Shown here piece after piece: positions 9,955-19,446 of a DNA stretch of 29,960 nucleotides; the stretch's first letter is position 1; every line of letters begins with the position of its first letter. The notes beneath the pieces were generated by a model that saw only the letters and a list, made by a program, of their open reading frames with translations, was not told the DNA's origin and ran no database searches. The stretch covers positions 1 through 29,960 of the forward strand of contig CDMY01000692.1 of NCBI GenBank assembly GCA_001179505.1, given 5' to 3'. The stretch is from Vitrella brassicaformis CCMP3155 (Eukaryota; Protista; Chromerida). The position numbers and the translations under genes were made by a program.

Positions 9955-12410
9955 TCACCCCCCCTCCCTCAGCAATCGCCTCGGCACAGTGGCGCTCTCC
10001 CCCCAGGGCGCCTCGCCGGTCCACCACACGTCCCTCCACTGATCCACAAACACGCTGTACGCAGGACCCCCCGCCACAGCGATCACACGCACACGCATCT
10101 CACGCAAACTCACAACCAACGTCGGCTCCTGCACGAATCGCTTTGCGCTCCGCACCCCCCCACTGCCCATCCCCACCCCCGTCTGGCCCTCCAGGTTGCT
10201 GCCCAGTGAGTACACGGTGCCGTATCGGGTCAGGAAGAGAGTGTGGAACCTGCCGCAGCTGACGGCGCATATCGATCTCGGCGGGAGGGAGGGGGGGAAG
10301 GCGAGTTGCAGGGGTGTGGTGGCCTGGCCGAAAGACCCGTTGATGGCCCAGTTGGCCCCCCACACCCACACCCTGCCGTCGTCTGACAGCGCGGCGGTGT
10401 GGTCGCTGCCGGCAGAGATGGCCACGATGCGGGCGCGTGAGAGCGACGTGGTGACCTGCTGCGGGGCCGTCTGGGAGACCAGGTGGCCGAGGCCCAGTTG
10501 CCCGTGAGTGTTGTTGCCGTGGCTGCACACGCACAAGGCTCAGGCCAAGACACAACCTCACGTCCATTTCTCAGACAATCCAAGGAAGTGGTGCCCCCAC
10601 TGCGCAGCGCCCGGACTCACCTGTACACTCTGCCACGGTCGTCTCGCATGACGTTGTGTGTCGCCCCGCAGGCAATCTCCACAATGCGAGCGCCCTTGCA
10701 CACCTTGTCAAGGCTGAGCCACTCGATGCTGTCGCCCCTCCCCCGGCCCTCCAAACCGCCCTGCGGCGGGAGGGCAAGCACACCAACACGGCCGCCTTGC
10801 GTGAGAAGCTGCAGCCAGTGCCCGTGAGAAGCATACACCACCTGCAATGCATGACACACAGAATACACGTTCGTTCGTGTGCTTCTGTGTGTGTGGTTGT
10901 TGTGTGTGGATTGATTTGATAGGTGCTGACTGACACCCACCTGCTTGATGGCGAGATCGGGGAAGACGCTTCTCACGAGCATGGAGTTCTGGCACATCCG
11001 CAGCCCCCTGCCACCCCGGCCATGCGAGAGGTTGCTGTGTATCCTGAGGCCCATCCTGGTCCGCGACACATCGTCGACACTTTCGGGGCCCTGCAGGTCG
11101 CCGGCCTCGCTGACGTCGTCTCCGCTCGCGACGCCGGCAATCGACCGGCGCTCTGAGAAGGCCGCCATTGCCAGCCGACCCATTGGCGACGACAGCAGGA
11201 TCGTCAAGCGGAGAGGACCGCCTCTGAAGGCAAGGAAGGATGCTGGGGCTGGCCACCCACGATGCACCCCTCCACATCACGTACACGTACGTACCTGTAG
11301 ACCTGTCGCTCCGTCACGCACAGCCCGTCAATCGTGTCCGCAGGCAAAGACAGGGGCAGCGGCTTCAGCCGATGCGAAGTGGACGCACACACCGACCCAG
11401 TCGACACGCTCTGGGACGCCTCAGAAGTGAACGACACCGACGGCACGTAGCCCTCCCTGGCAGCTGGCCCTCTCTCTCTGGCCCCCTCTCCGTCCTCTCG
11501 CACATCGCAGTGTTCCGGGATCTGGTACGGCAACAGCTTTTGCCCCGGTAGGGGATAGGACCGCCGGCCGACCAGCTGTTCGCGCAGAAACGGGGGTCTC
11601 AGGTGCGAGAGGCGGCCCTCACTGGCGGCTGCTGGGGTGAAGGTGCCGCCGAGTGGGGATGACGACTGGCCTGCGGGCGAAGGCGAAGGGGAGGGAAGCT
11701 TGCGGGGCGCGGGGGGAGAGGGAGAGGGCAAATACGGGGGGGCCTGAATGAAACACACACACACACACACATGGGCAAACCAACCGTATGTTATGTGCTT
11801 GCTCAGCTCATGTGTACACACACACCTCGACAGCGATGCGTCGATTGATCTGCAATGTCGACGACCCGCTCGCACCGTGGCTGCCTGAGGCATCGGACTC
11901 CCCACCAGCACAAAACGCCATCACAGCCGAGTCGTCCTGGGCAGAGGACGCTTTCGACTGCAGCTGCACGGCCCCCGCCCACCACAAGCAGCTGCCCCCC
12001 TGCAGCGAGTGCGCTTCGCGCATCGGCTGGGGGATAGGTGGCTCGTCAGAGGACGAACACGATGGGACCCTCACCGGACGGCGGGGGCCCTCACCTTGTG
12101 GACCACCTCCAGCCACCAGCAGCCCGTTCCTTGCTGCAACCATGTTGGTGGGCTCATTCTGTCGCTCGACAAACATCAGAAATGCAGCAGGAGCCTCGCC
12201 ATGGTAGAGAGCGCTCTGCAGGGCGGCTGGCGTAGCCGGATAGCCATCCCACACACGCTGCAGGATCTGGACGACCGCATCAGTGGGGTCGAGCGTTCGC
12301 GATGCGCAGGCTGCTTTGCGGAGGTCAATCGATGCCAGGAGGTTCAGAATGCGGTCCCTCACCTCGACGGGCGCCAAGACAAGCGGGCTGTGGGGAGAAG
12401 GGCTCGCCAT
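9955..12410 (-). CDS. RCC1-repeat protein with a possible N-terminal F-box-like segment; 3' end uncertain
   Basis: ATG 12410. RCC1 repeats: IVEIACGATHNV..DDRGRVY, GNNTHGQLGLG, IVAISAGSDHTAALSDDGRVWVWG, VSCGRFHTLFLTRYGTVYSLGSNLEGQTG, IAVAGGPAYSVFVD. N-terminal LAPVEVRDRILNLLASIDLRKAACASRT resembles an F-box (inference). May stop at TGA 9957-9955 or splice at the overlapping GTGAG to a further exon. Confidence 0.8.
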
Positions 12411-12749
12411 CGCCTCCAACTAAGCCCTGAAGCTGTGCGCCCTAAGGAATGTCGCGAAACCTCGTGCGAGCAATTGTGCGAGCTAAGCCGCGTGTTTTTG
12501 TCTAGTCGTTTTGCTCTTTCCCTCTCTCTCGTCGCCTTTCAACGTCCCGTCGTTGTAGGCGGCAACATTCCTGCTGTCTTCGTTGTCGGCGCGTCACTCC
12601 GACGTCATTTCTGTCGCCCAGCAGTGTTCGAGCAACTACAGGCCTCGCCTGAGGCGTGAAAGCGCCTGAGAGGCCATAACTGCCGGCGAGAAGGGTTCTT
12701 CTCTCCCCGGAGGCTCGAACCGGCGTGGGACAGAACGGTCGTGTGTGAG
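12411..12749. promoter_or_regulatory. Divergent (bidirectional) promoter region between the RCC1 gene and the Arg/Ser-rich gene
   Basis: Head-to-head ATGs at 12410 (-) and 12750 (+). Carries GCAATTGTGCGAGCTAAGC (12470-12488) and GCGTGTTTTTGTCTA (12490-12504), both matching the 4555-4669 spacer in reverse complement. Confidence 0.5.
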
Positions 12750-14267
12750 ATGCCGCGTCGTGACCGCGAAGGGGCGTTGGACTGCCCCAACTGCAAGGTG
12801 GGTGGCGCATGTGGGTGGTAGAGAGGCCACATGTGGGCTGGGGAGGGTGTTGGTCGTTTCGAGAGGTCATGTCTCACTGTACTGTGTGTCGTGACTCTGT
12901 GTCTGACATGTGTGACGTTCAGTTGAAGATGCCGTGTCGTAAGCATCGCAACGGCATGGCGGGAGACATTGTCAAGAAGGTGCAGAACCCCAAAGAGGCC
13001 CTTGACAGCCTGTAAGATACCACCACCCTCGCACCCACCCATATCCCCCAGTGGCCATCATCACTATGTTTGCGTGTGTGTCTGTGTGTGCGTCAGGTAC
13101 AATGACATCATAGGCAAGAAGCTCGAGCGTTTCCAGCGCCGCGAGGAGGCCAACCGCGAGTCGTCCTACTGGCACCAGGAGCTCGACAAGCAGCGGAAGA
13201 AACTTCACAAGGAGGGAAGGTAGGCTTGCACACCCCACACACCCACACCCCCTCCCGGACAGTGCTTTCACGCGTCGTTGCTGTCTGTGCCTTGTGTTGT
13301 TTTGTCTCCCTTCTCCGCTCCCTGTCTGGTTGCCCGCCTCTTCGTGTCGCCTATCAATGGCCGGGTCGCCGCACACCCTGAACATGCACACGGGACGTGA
13401 ATGCCTGCAGGGTGATCAAGGACAAGAAAAAGCGGCGCAAGAAGGACAAGAAGCGACGCAAGAAGTCCAAGAGGGGCCGCGACAGTGACAGCGACAGCAG
13501 CGACTCGTCGTCCAGCAGCAGCAGCAGCAGCGACAGCTCGGATTCAGACCAGTCCGACGATGAGGTAAGGCGCTCATGCACACGCACACACGAGTGGTTT
13601 GTTCTCACCTCTATCGTGCGTGTCTGGTGTGTCTTGTTCGTCCATCAGCGTCGTTTCCGCCGCAAGCGCAGGCGTGACTCCGCCGCCGACGAGAGCGACT
13701 CATCAGACGAGGTACGACACATACAAAGCCACCCCTCACAACACATCTCCCATTTCCCATTTCCCCCTGTCGACACTGGTGTGTTTCAGTCCCGTGATCG
13801 TGACCGTGATCGCAAGCGTCACCGTCGCGACCGCCGTCGGAAGGACAAGCGTTCCAAGAGGAGCCGCAGCAGACGCTCCCACTCGCCCTCCAGGAGCAGG
13901 AGCCGCGACGACGACTATCGCAGGCGGAGGGACGACCGGGACCGCTATGACGACGACCGTGACAGCCGGGACAGGTATGCCACAGCAAGAAAGGCAGACC
14001 GGCCCTGCAGCACACTGCAGCAGAGCAAGACTGCGTGTTTGTGGTATGCTGGCCGTTCTCAGGTCCGACGAGCGTGACCGCTGCGAGCCGCCGCGTGACG
14101 GCCCCGACCGCTGGACCCCCTCACCGCCACCCGGCGACCTCGCAGCCGACACTGGCAAGGATGGCGACGCCGTCATGACCTCAGAGGACCCACCGGTCCC
14201 GGCGGCCCCAGCTGCTGCCGCCCCAGCTGCTGCGGCAGAGAGGCCGCTCACCAACGGCCATCCATAA
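12750..14267 (+). CDS. Arg/Ser/Asp/Lys-rich low-complexity protein (probably nuclear or splicing-associated) with N-terminal Cys/His cluster
   Basis: Seven exons splice in phase: MPRRDREGALDCPNCK|LKMPCRKH...|YNDIIGKKLERFQRREE...|VIKDKKKRRKKDKK..SDSSSSSS..|..|SRDRDRDRKRHRRD..RSRSR..|..LTNGHP* (TAA 14265-14267). Confidence 0.75.
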
Positions 14268-14398
14268 CGATTGAGTGACTAATGGGGCGGGGCGGGGTAC
14301 GGTACGGTACATGCTGATGCGTGTGGCGTGGCTGGCTGTACAGTTTGCTTAAGCTTGCAGTGTTATTTTTTCTTTCCCGTGTGGCCTGGCTGTCTTTT

Positions 14399-15303
14399 CG
14401 CGAGCTTCGGGGGTGGCGGCTACGCGGGTGTGCTGAGTGGGAAGGTTGTTTTCCACGTGATTTCTGGCCGTCTTGCCGTGCCCTCTGTGTCTCGCTGACA
14501 GACCGTCGGCCAACGCAGTGAGGAAGATGTCAAGAGGCTGCTTTCTCACGACGTTGGTCGGTACGTGCGGGAAGCGAGCAGCAGGGATGGATGGGACGGG
14601 ATGGCGTCCGGCTGTTTTGCCCCTTGTGTGTCTTAATGTGGTTGGCTCTGTCGGCCGTGTCTCCATATAAAATGTAGGCAGCGATTCGCTCGTGGCGTGT
14701 GCGCGCGTCGCGCGGCGGGCCGCTGTCTATATTCTATGTGGCGGGGCGGCTTGGCGAGCCAAGTCAGAAACCTGTCTAATCAATCGGGCTGTCCGTTCGC
14801 GAGCTTCGTGGGTGTTGGCTTACGGGTGTGCTGTGGCATGGTGGAAGGCTGTTTGTATACGAGTTCTGGTCATCTTGTTGCCTTCTGTTTCTCTCTGTCT
14901 CGCTTCCAGGACCAGTCGCCCGGCGAACTGAGAAAGGGGCGCCAAGTCGCTGCTCTCGCACATTGTCGGTGGGCAGGTCATGCAAGCGAGTAGGGAGGAG
15001 ACAAGAGACAAGGAACGATGGGCACGGAGAAATGGATGGTGCAACCAACGACGTACTTGCATGCTTCCCTCTCTTATTGCCCCGGTTCTCGATGGCTGTG
15101 ACGGGACTGCGTCCGGCTGTTTTGCCCTGGTTGTAATTGATGTGGTTGGTGTGTCGGCCGTGCCTCCATATAAAATGTAGGCAGCGATTCGCTCGTGACG
15201 TGTGCGCGCGCCGCGCGGCGGGCCGCTGTCGATGTTTTATGTGGCGGGGCGGCGGGGCAAGCGAAGTCAGAAACCTGTCTAATCACATGTGAAAAAGCGA
15301 GCT
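14399..15303. repeat. Diverged non-coding tandem duplication (units ~400 and ~500 bp) with conserved ~180-bp TATAAAA-containing core
   Basis: Units start with CGCGAGCTTCG at about 14399 and 14798. Cores 14604-14782 and 15109-15285 align throughout, with a 34-nt identical block (14661-14694 / 15164-15197) and identical GTCAGAAACCTGTCTAATCA at the end. A third GCGAGCT occurs at 15297. Confidence 0.8.
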
Positions 15304-15571
15304 GGCGTGTGTGTGAAGCGTGTTCGTCTAGCCATGGGCCTGGGGCGATGTGGGGTCGGCCCGTCACGGCCAACGCCTTAGGCTCGGTGTGGCATCATGC
15401 AGAGCACAAAGCGTGGGTTGCTGGCGGCCGAATCCCACACGCATCCGGCCATCGGTGGCTCGTGGTGAACATCCGCTGCGTGCTTCTGTGTTCGTGTGCC
15501 TGCCTGCAAGTGTGCTGAAGTACGTGCGTTGTGTCTGTCTGTACAGATGAACGATGGCGGTGCGTGTGCGT

Positions 15572-15690
15572 GATCCGATGATGACCTCTTATGGACCTGT
15601 GGACCACTCACTGTCTGTGCGTGCGATGCGGTTTGAATGAAGCCATACCTGTGTGAGTGCACCGCATCGGGGCCGTCTGATAAATCGATC
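15572..15690 (+). ncRNA. Weak candidate box C/D-type small RNA
   Basis: ATGATGA (box C) 15578-15584, CTGA (box D) 15677-15680, flanking GATC/GATC, and a perfect 9-bp internal stem CGATGCGGT (15624-15632)/ACCGCATCG (15661-15669). No guide target identified. Confidence 0.25.
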
Positions 15691-16193
15691 TCTCACGCAC
15701 ACGCACACACACGACACCACAGACAGGCAGTGTGCTGAGCAACCAGCACCACTTGCTGAAGCAGACAGACAGATGGACAGAAAGGAAGGCCTCTTGCCCT
15801 TCGCCAACACGGTGACGCGCACACGCAAAGGCGACTGACGGACGGATGAAACCACACACGTGGGAAGCGACGAGCACGACCCAAGCCGCACCGCTGGCTG
15901 GCTGACGAAACACATGGAGAACATGCTACCTTAGGAGACATGACATGCAGCATTGCCCCGAAACAAAGTAGCTGCACGTCGCACGAAAACACCCATGGAC
16001 GTACTAAAACAAGACACGTATCATCCAATTCACTCATGTGACTGACAAAATTGATAGATCTGCCCTGCCCTCCCTGTCCCCCTACACGCCACGCCCTACA
16101 CGCCACATCACCCGGCAACCCACTAGACCATCTCTCTCCTGTCATATCGGAGCATGCGATCCCTCCCCCCCTCCCCCCTCTGTGTGTCCTCTT

Positions 16194-19064
16194 CTAGGTC
16201 GGCTGTTCCGTCCTGAGGCTGTCTTCTTGCTGTGTCTCAGGGACCCCCATAGAGCATGGCGGCTTCTCACATTCGGTCTCGTCGGTGACTATGGGGTCGT
16301 CACGTGCTTGGGCGATAATGGTCGTGTCGTTGCCGGCGGCGCCATCCGCCAGCTTGGCCATCAGACCCGCAAAGCGCCCCATGGCCATGACAGTCGACGC
16401 CGGGTTCATCCGACCCACCTGTGACACCATACCAGCCAGGGAGATGGGGAGAAGGTGCACTCATTCACCCACCAAACCTGTGGAATGCATCCGGCGTCGA
16501 CAATGTAGAGCTGTTCGATGCCGATGAGCTTGAAGGCGGCGTCCACCACTGTGCCGATGGACGTCGAGCCTACGTGGTGCCATATCGACGTCCCATGGCT
16601 CTCCACGTACTTTCTGATGCCCTCAGCACAATCGCCTGGAGGACACACGCACACACAGAGACACACACACATCGACATCGACACAGACACATACGCACAG
16701 ACAGGTGTCTCTCGTTTCCCTCACCGCGTGGAACGATCGGCAGAGGATCGGGCAAAGGTAGAAGCTCTCTTTGCTGAGGGCCAGTGGAGTTGTCGGTGCT
16801 GTTGGTCCGCATCCGGCGTGTCTGTGCCTCCTCCTTGGCTGCGAGTGTCGCGTTGACGCCGGCGATAAAGCGGGCGTCCTCAGCGCTGATGTACCCCTGT
16901 ATGGCAGCAACCTCCTCATCCTGACAACAAACAAAGACACCATCCACACCCCTCCACACACAAACACACATGTGATTGTCGCAGGTCGTTGAGCTGACCA
17001 TTTGCTGGACGGAGATGGTAGGGTTGTTCTCCCGCGCGGCATCGATGATGTCGGGCTCCTCGAGCAGGAACTTGAAGACCGACAGGATGGTGCCCGTGCA
17101 GCTGTCCTTGCCGTACTCCTCAAGGATGCCATCGAAGCCGCCCTGGTCCAAAATCTGCACATCACGTGGCGGTGGGTGCCAGGCGCACACGTGATCGGCG
17201 TCTGCGTGTGTGGCTCTCCTCCCACCGTACCTTGAGGATGTCTCAGATGCCCTGCTCCGAGTCCATTCTGTCATACTCATCCTGGTAGTAGTTGGGAATC
17301 AAGAACGGCTTGCCTGCACATACAGAAAAAGACACACGGACAGACACACACAGGCACCTACACCCGAGGCATCAGAATGTGTGTTGTGATCTGGTTACCA
17401 TCCTTAATCGTGATTTCGCCCCTGGACCGCACGATGACGAGAAGGTGAACGGGGCCGCCACACGCCTGCACACACACACACACTTTCTCTTCATTCACAT
17501 GTGTGTGTGTGGTGGGTGGTGCATCGACTGACTTTAGGCAGTCGACGGCATCCTCGACGTAGCCGCGAACGAGAGGCAGGTTGCAGAGGAGGGCGACGAA
17601 GCCGGGCGGGCTGTCCTCGACGCAAGACAAGAAAATGTCACGCACGAGCAGCAACACCCTGACAGGCGCACAGCCACACACACAGACACTCATGGTGGGT
17701 GAGTGTTTGTGTTGAGCTTTGTATGGATGGCTGACTTGTTGCTCCTGAAAGACGGTGGGATGATGAACAGAGTGCCCAGCGTCGCACCGTAGGGCGAATT
17801 GGCCCCCGAAATCTCCTCAAGGGTCGACAGCCGACAATCCTTCACCTTATCAGTGAAGTCGCGGAACCTCCACACACACGCACACGGAACACGCGTGTGG
17901 ACGTCGCTTCCTCCCTCTCCCTCTTGTGTGTCGGCTGCGGTGCACTCAATCGTCAAATCCGTCGCATGAAGTGCCGGTCTTGTGCCAGCCGATGGTCTGA
18001 CACACCGTCCCCACTGTGGTCGTGGGCGGCACCTCCGCAGGCAGCGACCTCACCGGCTCCCCCGCCATCTCCTTCTTGAAGAAGCACCCCACAGGCGTGA
18101 ACAAGCGGTCGTGGTAGTTCTGGCCGACCTCGGGGATCTCCTTTAGCAGCGTCGCGCCGACCGCTTCCACCAAAGCCGCTGGACCGATGTCCGATTTCCA
18201 GAGGATGTATGGCGTATAGACGGCCCCCAGAGACATGGAGATGCGCCCGCCCTCCTTGACACAGGCGATCTGCTCCTCGCCGGAGAAGAGGCCTCCATCC
18301 TCCTCTCGGTACACGACGCAGGTGTGGCGGTGAGCGGCTCGGTCTCCGTGAAGGCGATCTTCTCCACGAGATGGTTGACGAGTATGGTGAGGGTCTCCGG
18401 CTTGTCATCCAGACAGAAGCTGTCGGCGGCCTTGCGGACCCTGTCGTTGGACGGGCCGTCGTTGTCGAAGATCGTGAAGCCGCGCCAGCTGCCGTCCTTG
18501 AGCTCAGAACTGTCCCCATTGAAGGGCTCGTACACCTGGCTCACACCCCTGCACACACCGCACAGGTGGCTCAGGCCATTTCTGCGCACGTGTGCGTGTG
18601 TGCGTGTGTGTACGTGTCCACCTGGTGATGGCCGCGCCGTACTCTTCGGTGAGATAAGCCGGCTGGCTGACTCTCTCCTTCACCCAATCGTATGCCTCGC
18701 GGAAGAGATCAAACTCCCACTCGACGCCATAATCGGCCTTCAAGAAATCAAAGTAGTCCTTGAGCTCGTCAATCGAAATGCCTGCACGCAAACACATCCC
18801 GGGACGGCGGGAGGGAGGGACGGAGGGAGTCGGCCGTTGTCGTCATTTGCCGTGCGACCTACCGAAGTTAAGACCTGTGCCGCCGCTGAGGATCTTGGCC
18901 ACATGCGTGATGACCCCCTGCGCGAGAACACACAGACCCATCACCCACAGTCCCCCCAGTCGCTCCACCCAGGCCACTCACCGGTGTCCTCCCCTCTGTG
19001 CAGTGGCTGTCGACGACCACCGCAGCAGCAGGAACAGCAGAGTGACCAGGGATGCCATGGACAT
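16194..19064 (-). pseudogene. Unprocessed pseudogene of a secreted GMC (glucose-methanol-choline) oxidoreductase
   Basis: GMC motifs: signal peptide MSMASLVTLLFLLL, VAKILSGGTGLNFG, VGQNYHDR, SRGEIT, PFLIPNYYQDEYD, IWHHVGSTSIGTVVD, LYIVDAGCIP, RMNPASTVMAMG. Lesions: no GxGxxG FAD-binding exon and an exon1/2 phase clash, frameshift at ~18321, defective donor with in-frame TGA at 17949-17946, in-frame TGA at 17245-17243. Confidence 0.85.
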
Positions 19065-19446
19065 CCTCTCTCTTGAGCTGGTAAAATAGCAGTACGACCC
19101 GACTCTGTTGCTCTAGCAGGCGCACTATTCCCGTCATCTCACAATTAATAGCCGCGTCTGTCCTCTCTCCGCCGCCGGCCGCAACCGACCTCAACTGTCA
19201 TGACCATGTGAGCGCAATCGCTCACTGAAGCCCTACACCCAGCCCAACAACACCGACAAGCGGCTCGGCTCACTGGCAGCCCCCCTCCCTCCCTCTCTGT
19301 GACTTTCTCTCTCTACTCTATGCTGACATCTCCCCTCTGCTGACGTCTGTCCTCTTGCTGAGGGGTTTTGCGCCCCTGTTTCCCCCCCTCGCAAAGGCAG
19401 CCGTCGTGAGCTCCCTTCTTCCCTCTCTCCCTCAGCGCACATTATT

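Noticed and set aside
14752-14765. Perfect hairpin CTTGGC-GA-GCCAAG in repeat copy 1
   Set aside because: Not conserved in copy 2, so unlikely to be functional.
14738-14772. Pol III A-box-like TGGCGGGGCGG and B-box-like GTCAGAAACC suggesting a tRNA or SINE; faint SRP-loop resemblance
   Set aside because: Spacing (~14 nt) is too short, both boxes have mismatches, and there is no cloverleaf or SRP helix.
17946-17948. TGA as selenocysteine or reassigned codon in the GMC gene (also 17243-17245)
   Set aside because: Neither TGA sits at a recognisable Cys position, frameshifts accompany them, and TGA is used as a true stop in the UVR-motif gene.
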